From the human T2T-CHM13v2.0 reference genome, Homo sapiens, in the NCBI RefSeq assembly GCF_009914755.1, contig NC_060926.1: a stretch of DNA of 64,000 bases. The stretch is one strand, 5' to 3'. Within the stretch, counting starts at the first letter, position 1. Each line of letters begins with the position of its first letter. Below are positions 44,735 to 58,980 of the stretch, piece after piece. The notes beneath the pieces were generated by a model. It searched no databases and was not told the origin of the DNA. It was given only the letters and a program-made list of their open reading frames with translations. The position numbers and the translations under genes are program-made.

Positions 44735-45010
44735 GTGATATTTAAACTGAGACGTGGGTGTCAAGACAGAGTTTGCCACATGCAGAACCAGGGAAAGCCA
44801 TTCCTGCAAAGCTATGGCAAGTGCCACATCCCTAGGGCAGGGATAAACTTGGTGGTGAAGGGGACAGGGGGACAAGGACTGAGGTGGGCAGGGACCTGGA
44901 CCCCAGAGAAGGGCCTTGGGTTTACTGTGCAATCAGAAACCATTAAAGGTTTCAAGCACAAATGACATGATCTGATTTATATTTTTAAAAGATCATTCTG
45001 TTATTTGACA
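44735..45010 (-). mobile_element. L2 fragment
   Basis: gacatgatctgatttatatttttaaaagatcattctg. Confidence 0.65.
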
Positions 45011-45172
45011 TTTGAAATGATATTTGAGACGTGCTGTGAAAGCACAGGTAGGCTTTAGACAGATGAAGAGGGGAGACGTGGGTGTCAGGTGCACAGAGCT
45101 CGGACACAGCCTGGAGGCAGGAAGTGGACAGAGAGGGGTGGAGCACCAGGCCCCAGGGTGCAAGAGAAAACC

Positions 45173-45380
45173 CAGCTGGAGGGACCCCGGGGGCGGAAGC
45201 CCGAGCTGCAGGGACCCCGGGGAGGTTAAGTGGGGAAGCGGGAGGGACCCTGGGGGAGGAGAACTGGAGGGAACCTAGAGCAGGGAAAGCTGGAGGGACC
45301 CTGGAGGGAGAGAGCTTGAAGGACCCTGGGGGAGGAGAGCTGGAAGGACCCTGGGTGGTGGTGAGCTGGAGAGACCCTGG
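45173..45380 (+). repeat. Degenerate G-rich minisatellite (agctggagggaccc(t/c)gggg core)
   Basis: About 7 diverged units of 25-32 bp. Confidence 0.75.
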
Positions 45381-47254
45381 TGTGTGGGCAGAACCGTAGG
45401 TGGGGGCCTTCAGTGGGGCACCGGTGCAGGCCGAGGGTCTGCAGGGATGTTTCAGGCAAGGGGCAGGAGCTGGTGTCCATCCCACTGGCTCCTTATGGGG
45501 GCAATCAGTGGTGCCGAAACTCCCAGCTGGCAGCTTCCTTGCATCATCATTAGATGCCATTAAAGAATCAGTCACAGGAAGTTACAAAGGGACCCTTGGT
45601 GAGAGGTCAGCTCCAGCGCTGCGGGGCCCACAGGAGGACCAGCTTGGGGCTCACAGCTCACGCTCTGCACAGCCGTTCTCTGCTTAACCAGAGAATTCAG
45701 CGGGAACTCGTTAACATGGAATTTTGAGGAAGTAAACAATGCCCCGTCTCTTCCCCCAGCCCTTCCCTTTTTATTTTTCATATTTCCAACACGGAGGAGA
45801 GTTCACCTCAGAATGTCTGTGGTCCCCTCCGCCCTGGGGGCCGTGTCTGGGGAGACAGGGGCCCAGTGCTAGAGGACAGGGCTGGACACACTCCCCAGCG
45901 AGGGAGACAGAGCCCGAAGACTTTCAGCTCTGACCAGGGAGTCCCCGAGATGGGACAGCCCAGGCATGTGTGGGCCTAACCTGGGGCCAGGACCTGGGCT
46001 TTTGCCTTTGGTGTCAGCAACACAACATGGCACGTGCAACTTTCCACCCGTTAGCAATCACAAGTGTGTGTCCCAGGCTGGAACTGAGTATGGTGGGACT
46101 TGTCAAAATGGTAAAAGGGAAACCAGAGAGAAAACAGCAGAGAGAGATGAAAAACTCAGCCTCTTTAAATTCTGTCCTTTCCGTGGGTGGTCAGTGCCAA
46201 CGTCACTGCTGTGACGGCCGCCCTGGGAATTAATCCAGTGTGCTCAGAGGTACCTGCCAGCCGGCTCCCGGTGCCTGCCGGATCTGGAGAGAAGAATAAA
46301 ATATAAAACCCTCCACTGTGATCCGCAGACTTTCCTATATTCCAATAGCTGTTTAAACCTGAAATTAAACGAGTGAGCTGGTGAACGGCAGCGTCTTCGG
46401 GGGGCTTAGCACCTGTCTAGCACGGGAGCACTCGCTGTGCAGTGTTTATCTTTCTTATTAAATCAAAGGAAGGATGGAGAGACCACAGACCCTCTCAGCA
46501 GACAAAGGGATATTTTAACCCCTGCCTTTCCTTCTAAATATGCAGATGACAACCACAGCCCAGACACAGCACCCTTGGCAGAGGACTCGAGGACTTCACT
46601 CTGCCAGCCCCGGGCGGCCCTACCCAGGCCTGCTTTCCAGGAAATTGGGGTTTGCCTGCCCTGCCTAGGCTGTGAAGAGTATGCCCCAGGCAGATCCTGG
46701 ATTCCACTTCAACCCCGCAAATCCACACCCCACCCTCACACTTCCCATGGCCCCCCGGCCCAGAGGGGAGTGGAAGAGTGGAAGCACCTGTCCCTGTGCA
46801 GGGAGGAAGCAGGGTCAGGGGACCCTCAGAGCCTGGCCGATCATCCCGTGAATGGGCACACCTGGTCCTACCATCCCATCCACCTGAGCAGAACTGCCGT
46901 CTCTTTGGAAGGGAAAGTGGGGAGGTAACAATTGGGCAGCTAATCAGTGACATCCGCTGACCACGAGGGAGTGAACTTCCCATCGCGAAGCGATGGGTCA
47001 GAGCTGACCTGTCATTGGCTACAGCATGGCAGTGCCACTCCCTCTCACACACCTGCCGCTTTGTTATCCAAGGGCACCCATGACACTCACCAGCCACACT
47101 GGTGTCCCCTTGCCCTCAGAGTCCCACTGTCCTCGGCAGAGTCCCTGAGCTCACATAGCTGAGCTCAAACGGCGAATCCTGAAATCCTGAGGTCCTGAGC
47201 TGTGGCCCATTTCTATCTTTTCTTTCCACTTCTAAGAAGGAAGTCGTGTCTGGA

Positions 47255-47902
47255 TCCTTCCTGCATTGCTGGTGGGAATGTGAAATTGTGTCACCATGGA
47301 AACCAGTATCGCGGCTCCTCAAAAACCAAACATGAGTGTTGTTCTGATCACCAATCCCACTTCTGGGAATTTTTGAAAGAGAACTGAAATCAGGGTCTCA
47401 AACAGACATCTGCACTCCGCGTTCATAGCAGCATATTAACAACAGCCAAAAGGTGTCGACGGCCCAAGTGTCGTCAGTGTGTGAACAGATAAGCAACACG
47501 TGGCATAGACACACAGTGGAATATTATTCAGCTTCAGAAAAGGAAGGGAAATCTGACATGTGCTACACCAGGGATGAAGCTTGAGGACATCATGCTAAGT
47601 GAAATAAACCAGACCCCAAAGGACAAATACTGTGTGATTCCACTTACATGCAGTACCCACATACTCAGATTCATAGAGACAGAAAGTGGAAGGGTGGGTG
47701 CCAGGGGCTGGGGGAGGGGGAAGCATGAGGACTTCGTGTTGAGTGGGGACAGAGTTCCAATTTTGCAAGATGAAAAAACCCTGGAAATGGATAGTTGCAA
47801 TGGTTGCACAGCACCATGAACATGCTTAATGCCACTGAACTGTACGCTTAAAAAAGTCAAAATGGAAAATCGTATGTTATGTATATTATGCCACAATAAA
47901 AG
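47255..47902 (+). mobile_element. L1MB (MB2/3-like) 3' end
   Basis: gaggacatcatgctaagtgaaataaaccag...ggacaaatactgtgtgattccactta...ttatgccacaataaaa. Confidence 0.85.
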
Positions 47903-48378
47903 TATGTACCAGAAAAAGAAAGCCAGGTATGGTCAGGTTGTTGAGCAACTTTGGACAAGCTTCAGGTTTCTTCTGCAGAAAATGGGTGAGAGTCACCATT
48001 AGCTTACAGCCTACTGAGAAAAGCATGTGGCATCCCATGTGGAAAGTCACTTTTTGAGCAGGAGCTGTAAGGTTGTTAGTTGCTGTCCAATACCATTAAG
48101 TGGCCCAGGTGGGAGGGAAGGTAACAGCCAAGCCAGCAGTGCCCAATCTGCTGCCAGCTCCCAGTGGCCAGCTGGACACCCTGCCGGGATGACTCCACCA
48201 CCAGCTCCCTTCCTGCTGGCAGCTGCCACGGGGCAGTTGGTGACAAAGGAGCCCGCTGAGGCACAGTGGCAGCTTCTGCACTTCACAGCCAGATGGAAAA
48301 ATGCAACCACAGTGGGGCGTGAAGGGCACCATGTTCAGGGAACTTTAAAAGAGAAAACCTGACCAGGGTGGGCATAGC

Positions 48379-48659
48379 GATGGCCAAGAAGCACATGAGA
48401 AGACGCTCGACATCATCACCGATGGCCAAGAAGCACAAGGTGCCAACATCATCACCGATGGCCAAGAAGCACACAAGAAGATGCTTGACATCATCACCAA
48501 TGGCCAACAAGCACGAGAAGGTGCTCAACATAATCACCGATGGCCAGCAAGCACACAAGAAGATGCTTGACATCATCACCAATGGCCAACAAGCACACGA
48601 GAAGGTGCTCGACATAATCACCGATGGCCAACAAGCACACTAGAAGATTCTTGACATCA
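48379..48659 (+). repeat. About 42-bp minisatellite (7 units) derived from L1 ORF2
   Basis: Units start at 48379, 48421, 48457, 48499, 48539, 48581 and 48623; the last runs into L1 sequence (tagccatcagggaaaggcaaatc). Confidence 0.9.
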
Positions 48660-48861
48660 TTAGCCATCAGGGAAAGGCAAATCCAATCACGGAGAAACTC
48701 CACTTCACACCCACTCGGATGGCTATTAGCAAAAAAAGAGGAAAACAACAAGTGTTGGCAAGGACAACGGGAAACTGGAACCCTCATATGCTACTGGTGG
48801 GAATGTAAAATGGCACTGCCACTTTGGAAAACAGTTTGGCACATTTTTTTCATGACAATAA

Positions 48862-49833
<972 letters not shown>

Positions 49834-50227
49834 ACGATTTTCAGCATAGCTACCACATGACTCAGCAGTTCAGCTCCTAGGTATGTGCTCACGAGAAATG
49901 AAGGTGTATGTCCAGACAGACTCTCACACACAGATGTCCATAGCAGCATTATTCACAACAGCCAAAAAGTGAAAACAATCCAAATGGCCATCAAGTGGTG
50001 ATGTGGTAAACAGGATGTGGTATATCTATGAAATGGAACATTAATTGACTATAAAAAAGAAGGAAATGCTGACATCCACTACCACGTGGATAAACCTTGA
50101 AAACACTGCATTATCTGAAAGAAGCAGACACAAAAGAAGACATAGTGGGTCATTTAATTTATTTCAAGTGTCAAAAAAAAAAAAAAACAAATCGCGAGAG
50201 ACCAAACGTGGATTAGTAATTACCTAA

Positions 50228-50527
50228 GAGTTAGGTGCTGTGGCTCACATCTGTAATCCCAGCACTTTGGGGAGGCCAAGGCAGAAGGATCACTTTGGGG
50301 AGGCCAAGGCAGGAGTTTGAAACCAGCCTGGGCAACCTCACATCTACAAAAAATATAAAAATTAGCTGGGCATGGTGGTGTGTGCCTGCCTATGGTCCCA
50401 GCTACTAGGGGGGCTGAGGCAGGAGGATCACCTGAGCCCAGCGAGGTCAAGGCTGCAGTGAACCATGATTAACCCACTGCACTCCAGCCTGGGCGACAGA
50501 GGGAGACTCTGTCTCAAAACTAATAAT
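50228..50527 (+). mobile_element. AluJ with internal duplication and deletion
   Basis: cactttggggaggccaaggcag occurs twice (about 50262 and 50291); TSD taattaccta. Confidence 0.9.
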
Positions 50528-50692
50528 AATTACCTAGGACTGGGTGTCAGAATGAGGCGTCATCACAGGGTGACTGCAGGTCCCAAAATTAGAGGGTGGT
50601 GATGGTTGTGCCCTCTTTAAACAGCCTAAAGTTCATTGAACTGTACACTTAAAACAGGTGACTTTTATGGCATGTAAATTACATCCCCATAA

Positions 50693-51013
<321 letters not shown>

Positions 51014-51764
51014 ACGGCTGTTTTTTAACAGCAGCAATCTGAATGCAGCAGCCAGTATTGAAGCTGCACATTGATTGAATTTTGTCCAGGTAATGCAATC
51101 AGCTTTATTCCTCTTTTGTCTTCCTGTCCTCTCCCCGTGGCTCCCACCCATTTTGAGACGGACGGATCCGAGGACAAAGGCTTAGTTGCTATGCATGCAA
51201 ACATCCATTAATGTTCACTGGGGGCGCTTTCCTTTGCTTTTACCGTGAATATTTCTTGTGAACTAAATCAGGATATTTTACCAAACAAACGCAAATCAAG
51301 CTACAAGTTATACTTCTTTTTTTTCTATTTTTGTTTCTTTATGAAAACTTGAGAAAAATGCACCATCCCCTGAGAACTAGCATTTTAAATATGACACCAA
51401 ATTATAATGTTAAAATAAAATGCGGGTTCCAGGTCCTTGGTGCCCCTCCTGCAGCTTGATCTCATATCATTCAATTCTCCTTGATGACTAACCCAGAGTG
51501 GCTCAGACTGACACACACATGTGTGACCTTTTAAAACTCAGTTCTTTCCTAGGAGAGAGTGAATGACTTTCATGGGGAGCCTGAAATCAACAGAAAGAGT
51601 GGGTGCTGTGCAAATTCTACCAAGGGCAGGAGCCACGCCCACAGGACAGAGGGAAGAGAGGACCAGCATGCAGGACAGAGACCTTCATTTGAAGATGAGA
51701 CCAAAAGTCCAAATCTAATACCCTGAGGCTGAGCAGAAGGAATCCCCTGTCCATGACACCCCCT

Positions 51765-52830
51765 ACACATGCACACACATACACATTCACACGTGCATGC
51801 TCACAGTCACACTCAGCCACACACATGCACACACTGTCACAGTCACACACACAGCCACACACATTCACACACACACATTCACACACACACATTCACACAC
51901 AATCACAGTCACACACAGCCACACACATTCACACATGCACTCTCACAGTCACAATCACACATGCATGCACACACATGCACATTCACACACGTACATATTC
52001 ACACACATACACATTCACACGTGCATTCTCACATTCAACTCAGCCACACACATTCACACACATGCATATTCACACACTCTCAGTCACACAGCCACACACA
52101 TTCACACACTCACAGTCACACACGGTCACACACATGCACACAGCCACATTAACACACATGTACATTCACACAGTCACAGCCACACAATCTACACACATGC
52201 ACACATTAACACACATTCACAGAGTCATACACAGCAACACATAAACACATTCACATACATGCACATTCTCATACATACTCATACATTCACACACGGACAC
52301 AGTCACACACCCATTCATACATACACTCTCACAGTCACACATGGTCACACACATGCACATTCACACTCACACTCTCAGTCACACACACATTCACACACAT
52401 GCACATAGACACACTCAGTCACACATGCACACACAGCCACATTAACACACGTACATTCACAGTCACACACAGATCTACACACATGCACACATTCACACAC
52501 ATTCAGTCATACACAGTCACACAGTAACACACACATTCACACACATTTACATATGCACACACATGCACACATTCACACACAGACACACCCTCAGTTACAT
52601 ACACATGCATTCACTCACACATACCACATATAGTGCCACACACATGCACATTCGCACACACACAGGCACGCACATTCACACATATATATTCACAACACAC
52701 ATCCTCATTCACACACATGAATTCACACATGCACATAATCAAATGCATGAATTCACTCACACACGCCACACAGCATGCCACACACATGCACATTCACACA
52801 CATGCAAACACACATTGGCACACATTCGCA
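51765..52830. repeat. Complex CA-rich array (about 1.05 kb)
   Basis: cacacattcacac, cagtcacac and cacatgcac modules. Confidence 0.95.
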
Positions 52831-53609
52831 AACGTACGCCATCAACTGTGAACAGCTGTGAGACACCAACCTCCTGCACTCCCTCACGCTTCCCCCAGTG
52901 TGGCCACACCTGGAGTTGGTACCACACATGCATCCTGCATGTGTCCAGATCTGGGAGAACTACAGGATCCCAACTTGTGAGGTGGACTCCACAGTTTCCT
53001 CGGGCTTCCTGCAGACGCCTGCTTGGTACCACCTCTCCAGTGTGAGCAGAGCAACCTCAGGTCCCCTCAGAGGATAGGCAGCCACTCAGCATGCAGGGGC
53101 TGAGGTCATGGACCCCAAACATCCCATAGGGTCAGAAAGAGCCCCGGAGGACATGCGAGCCTTGTAGCAGCCTCAGGCTTCTAAGAAGAAAATGATCAGT
53201 GAAGAATGATCATTTCTTTTTCTCTTTCTTTTTTGGCTGTCCCACAAAATGCATCTTTTATGAGAGAAGAGAAAAAAGATAGAGCCAAGTTCACACCATC
53301 AGCTGAAATGAGGAATATGATGAGAAACTGGTCCCCGCTCACTGATGCCCATGAATATGTCAATGCATGTGGTATCAGCAGGTGTCTTCATTTCCCTCTT
53401 CATCTCTCTTTTATGAACTTCCTTTGGCAAGGTCAGGCCATGAAGATTCAGGTGTAGGACTGTCTTTCAGACAGCACGCCCCGAGCAAAAGCACGCTGAT
53501 AGATCAGGGTGGGGGAAACAAGAAAGACGGTGTGTTTCTCAGAGTGTCTGTTATACAGTAGGAATAGTACGAAGAACTTTACATGCATCAATTAAATTAA
53601 TTTCATTTC

Positions 53610-53690
53610 ATCATTATTACCCCCATTTTACAGATGAGGAAATTGAGACTTCACTTTCTGGCTCAAAGTGGCAAAGCTACATTCAAGGTC
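53610..53690 (-). mobile_element. MIR fragment
   Basis: ccccattttacagatgaggaaattgagact. Confidence 0.7.
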
Positions 53691-54713
53691 AAAAGCAAAG
53701 GTCTTCAAGCCTGCGCTCCTGACTACCACACCCAGGAGATAGCAGTGCCTCATCAAGAGTGTCCAGGAGGCACCTCGGATAAGCCCCTTGAGACAGTGTT
53801 GAAGGAATTTCTGCCTCCAAACAGAAGTTTGATGCGTTGAATTCCTAGGAAAGTGAGAAAATGAAAGGAACAGTAACAGCACCAAAAACGAACGTTGAGC
53901 TCCCCGTGAGGCGACGCCCTCAACACTTTTAAGATGATAATGAGATACACTTCACAAAGGAAAAACCCTCATAAACTAAGAAACTCTGGGAAATCCTTAT
54001 CTAGGATTTCTAAACAGATTTAAGTTATGAGTTCAAGAACTTAGAGCTTTTTGTCTAGTTTTACCTTCAAAACTGCACCTCATCAATAATGATTACTCCA
54101 AAATCACTCCCCAAGTGATTACTCCATAATCACTCCTTCTTAGTGAGATTATGTCCATCGTGAGAACAAAGGAGGCTGAATCCTGCCAGCCTCCCAGTTG
54201 TCTTCCCTTCGCCAACCCGCAGCTGGCAGTGCCTTGATCAATTTCCAGATTCGCTTTGATGACAGAGCTTTCCAGTCTTGCTCTCGACACAGCTCCTGTT
54301 ATTCAAATATCTCTGAAGTCCCCTCTCAAAGAATCTGCCTCCTGCTGTGAAATCCTCCTCCTTCGTGGAGGATCATTTACACAGACAAATTTTCCCCTCC
54401 CCAAGCATCACCGTAGTCAGTGAAGAACAACAATAAAAAGAAAAATCAAATAGTGTTTTCTCTTTTTCCATTCTACAATGCAAACTTCATGCAAAGAAAA
54501 CCTCTTTCTCCATAAATTATGGGGGCTACCAGGCACATTTCCCATGGACAAAGTCTTAGGGACGGGCTCCGAAGTTGAGAAGAGTTCCTACTCTCACCAT
54601 CCTGAGGAGGCCCTGAAATGCAGACTGTGGGTGACGGAGAGAAGCTGCAGTCTCCAGGCCATGGCTCACATCCTCCCTCTAGACATCTAGATACCATTTC
54701 CACCCACAGACTA

Positions 54714-55735
54714 CCACTCCCACAGCCCCTCAATCAATGCTGATAGACATGGAATCATTATCACCAACAGCCACTCCCACAGCCCCTCAATCAATGCTGA
54801 TAGACATGGAATCGCCCTCACCAATGTTCATCTCCCAAAGCCCCTCAATCAATGCTGATAGACATGGAATCATTATCACCAACATCCACTCCCACAGCCC
54901 CTCAATCAATGCTGATAGACATGGAATCATTATCACCAACATCCACTCCCACAGCCCCTCAATCAATGCTGATAGACAGGGAATCATTATCACCAATGTC
55001 CACTCCCACAGCCCCTCAATCAATGGTGATAGACATGGAATCATTATCACCAACGTCCACTCCCACAGCCCCTCAATCAATGCTGATAGACATGGAATCA
55101 TTATCACCAACAGCCACTCCCACAGCCCTCAATCAACGCTGATAGACATGGAATCGCCCTCACCAATGTCCACTCCCACAGCCCCTCAATCAATGCTGAT
55201 AGACATGGAATCATTATCACCAACATCCACTCCCACAGCCCTCAATCAATGCTGATAGACATGGAATAGTCTTCACCAATGTTCACTCCCACAGCCCTCA
55301 ATCAATGCTGATAGACATGAAATCATTATCACCAACGTCCACTCCCACAGCCCTCAATCAATGCTGATAGACATGGAATCATTATCGCCAACGTCCACTC
55401 CCACAGCCCTCAATCAATGCTGATAGACATGGAATCATTATCGCCAACGTCCACTCCCACAGCCCTCAATCAATGCTGATAGACATGGAATCATTATCGC
55501 CAACGTCCACTCCCACAGCCCCTCAATCAATGCTGGTAGACATGGAATCATTATCACCAGTGTCCAGTCCCACAGCCCCTCAATCAATGCTGATAGACAT
55601 GGAATCACACTCACCAATGTTCATCTCCCAAAGCCCCTCAATCAATGTTGATAGACATGGAATCATTATCACCAATGTCCACTCCCACAGCCCCTCAATC
55701 AATGCTGATAGACATGGAATCATCTTCACCAATGT
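54714..55735. repeat. VNTR, 56-58-bp unit, about 18 copies
   Basis: Consensus ccactcccacagcccctcaatcaatgctgatagacatggaatcattatcaccaacat. Confidence 0.97.
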
Positions 55736-55899
55736 TAATCTCCTTTTGAGTTTCCTACATCGTTTAGTCCTCCAAGCTAGAAACCTCCATCAGAAGCCAT
55801 ATTGCACCCCTCCCTTCCCACTTCAAACACCAGATCAGTTCTCAGAGATGTCCTGCTAACCCAGACCGTCCTGCACCCACCCTGCTGTCTCTGCCTTGC

Positions 55900-56130
55900 T
55901 GAGCTACCTCATCTGCCCTGGATGGTGGCATGGCCTCCTCTTTCACTGGGACCCCACGGTGGCTGTTGAAGTAACGTGCCTGAGAGCAGCCCGAAGGTGC
56001 CTGCCACACGTTGTCTAAAGAACTCTGTTATAGTCATGTGTGCATGCTGTCTTCCCCTTTAGACTGCAAGCTCCCTGTGGGCAGGGATGCGCCTCAGTCA
56101 CCTCTGCATCCCTGGTTCCTGGTGCATAGC
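55900..56130 (+). mobile_element. L2 3' fragment
   Basis: ttagactgcaagctccctgtgggcagggat...cctggtgcatag. Confidence 0.55.
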
Positions 56131-56920
56131 CACTGCCATTGTTGTGGTTTGTGATTGTTGTTGCTGTCATCATTGTCTGTAATTCTTGTAAGACATGGCA
56201 AAATCATTACCTAAGTAATTTTACACACCATGACACACTAGGTCTAGTCAACAGTAAGTTACAGATTTATTTAAACATCCAAGAACACTGCCTTCCTCTA
56301 CTACCCCACACTCCTGTGGTTTCTGGGGTTCTCAGCTCTGTGTGAACTCCTGTAAGAGGCTCCCCCTTCAGAGGGACTCATCCAGAGGACCTTCATTAGA
56401 TTAGAAGCTCGAAAACCATGACAGCCTAACTCAGAACTGCTCATGCGACACCCTCTTGAGAGGGTGAAAGTTATAGGTGAAAAAAGAAGCAAAGAAGGTT
56501 GCAGGAAGCTGGCATGAAGGCTGCCCCGAATGGGCCCGCGTGCAGAGCTCCCACAGAGGGCGTCTGGGCCTGCAGGTGGGCCCCACTCTCAGGTCTCAGA
56601 GGGAGTCAGGGGCATGACTAAGACAGGACTCATTCCTGTCCCCGCTGCAGAAGGAGAGCATTGGGCCTCTCCAGGGAACCTCTGTGCCCAGCCCTGCACA
56701 GGGACGCTTTCTTGGGTCAGGGACTCATGGGTCCCAGGGGAGAGGCCGGGCCACACAGCCTCAAGCAAGTTCATTCTTCCTCTCCTAGAGCCATCAAACA
56801 AAAGCAGATTTTCAAAGACAAGGAGACATATGGGTCCCTGAGCAATTCTGTGGCCACCTGAGGATGTCAGCACTGGCTGAAGAGATGTCTTAGAAAACAC
56901 CCCCCTCCTCCATCCGAACG

Positions 56921-57062
56921 CACCACCACATTCTCCCTGCTCCCAGGCAGGGTGGCACCGCCACATTCTCCCTGCTCCCAGGTGGGGTGGCACCACCACA
57001 TTTTCCCTGCTCCCAGGCGGGGTGGCACTGCCACATTCTCCCTGCTCCCAGGTGGGGTGGCA
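56921..57062. repeat. 35-bp tandem repeat, 4 copies
   Basis: caccaccacattctccctgctcccaggcagggtgg and variants. Confidence 0.92.
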
Positions 57063-57789
57063 GGCTCTCTACCAGATGACCCGATGACAGTGGAGCAGAG
57101 TCCAGATCCCCCACCATCCCACAGACAACGCCGCCTCTCACACGCACACACACGCACATGTGTGCACACGCCTCACCCTGGGCACACGCCCCAAGGACAG
57201 CGCTTGCTTGGGAGAAGCCTGGAGGCTGTCCGGGGCAGCCCCACCCCTCCCAGACTGCACGACCTTGCTGGTTTATGCCTCTGCTTTCTTCTTGGTAAAC
57301 AAGGACAGCAACAACCACGTCTCTCCCTGGCAGATAGCCCTGAGAATGGGTCCCAGCCAGGGTCCCCATGGGAGCAGCATCCAACAGCTCAGTGCCCTGA
57401 GTAGTGTCTGGGGACTGCGGTGAAAGGCCGCAGCCAGCTAACAAGGGCATTGCATGCGGCTCCTCCAGGAAAATGGGCATCTGAGCCTGTATTGCCAAGG
57501 TCAACAAGGAGAAAAGCTTGGCTCTGGCTTCCACCAAACTTGCTCCTTGCCAGAAGTCGGGCACCAGCCCCAGCAGGCCACGCAGCTCCATTCGCTTGGC
57601 TGTCGCTGTAAGAGGGAGCAAAAGAAAAGGCGGCAGACTGGCCCTTTCAGGGAAAGCAGTGCAGCTCACGTGTACAGCCTTGGCATTTTAATGATAATTA
57701 TCTCTGTAGGAGTTTTCCTTTTTTTTCTGTAAGCCGGAGCCTTTCTTCTTCCCCTAATTCACAAGGCTTATATGTGTGCAGCAGCTCAT

Positions 57790-58016
57790 GTGCACAAACA
57801 CACACACACACGCACACTGTACAAACACATGCACCCACTGGCACACATACACATGTATACACAGAGACATATGCATGTGTGCACCCAGCACACACATGCA
57901 CACACACACACACACACAAACGCACACACCAGTGCACATGCACACACCAGCTCACAGTGCATGCACACACGTGTGCATTCACACACACACACCAGCAGCA
58001 CACAGGCACGCACACA
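57790..58016. repeat. CA-rich simple repeat
   Basis: Interrupted (CA)n/(CATG) tract. Confidence 0.9.
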
Positions 58017-58454
58017 CTCCAGGTTTCCTCGTGGCTGGAGAGAGGCTCGCTAAGGGTTTACCCCAGTCTGCCCTGCTCATGGCCTAGTGCCTGGCCCAGA
58101 CTCCCTCACAGCCTGTTAAGGGAGAATATGGAAAAATCATCGCACCACCAACTTGGAGTTGAGGGGCCAAGTGCATCCCCTCTTTCCTGATGAGAGAGAA
58201 CCACAATAGCCTACTCCAACCAAACTGACTCACCTGTCTGACTACAAATCAGCCTCACTGGACAACAGACAAAAAACACAGCCCATCTTCCGATATCTAG
58301 AGAAAACTGGAAGCTGTTCTGAGTTTATAAAAAATTTGAGTCTTCACAGTTTCCAAAACAAAGAATATAGTCTATGGTTGAAGTTTTATGTAAGTCAATG
58401 TTTTATGTAAAGTTCCCCAAATAATATCTGCAATCATAAAGAAAGTTCATTGTT

Positions 58455-58652
58455 GTGAAAGGGTGTGGACTTGGAGCCAGGCAGACCTGGATTAAAAGCT
58501 TGACCTCATCCTTGCTGGTGTGTGACCTGGGGTCTCGGGCAAGTCTCACAAAGTCTCTAAGCTTCTGTTTCCTCAACAATAAAAATGCCTACTTTGTGGA
58601 GTTGCTGGGATAATTAAACAAATTAGGTAACACATGTAAAGTTCCCAGCACA
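58455..58652 (+). mobile_element. MIR
   Basis: gacttggagccaggcagacctggatt...tgtttcctcaac...atgtaaagttcccagcacagt. Confidence 0.75.
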
Positions 58653-58980
58653 GTTTCTGTCACATTGGAGGGCTCAATGTCACCTCCCTCCCGTGACTTT
58701 GCAGAAAAGAATTCTCTGAGTGGAGATAACATGGAAAAGTCTTTAAAGGAAAAAAGTCTCTCAGCTTCCCTTCTTTCAGGGGTCCAATATCCCCATCCAT
58801 GCCCACCCCAGGGTCCTGAGTCTCACCCCAGGCCTGAAGTCCCATGGAGCCCATCCACTGCCATCAAAACCATAATGGCCAGGCAGGTGACAGATGACAG
58901 ACACAGAGTTGAGAGGGCCCCAGAGGAGCACAGTCCAAGAGCCATCACTCGGGGGAAGACCTGCCCTGACCTGCAGGAAC

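Noticed and set aside
51753-53045. His/Thr-rich ORFs (also 57698-58190)
   Set aside because: CA-repeat artefacts.
54714-55859. VNTR as a CRISPR-like array or mucin-like coding repeat
   Set aside because: Units are contiguous with no unique spacers and no cas genes. 56/58-bp units shift frame, so it is non-coding.
56549-56565. CTCF-like motif cccacagagggcgtc (also about 16255 and 40640)
   Set aside because: Partial matches are expected by chance in GC-rich DNA; not supportable without ChIP data.
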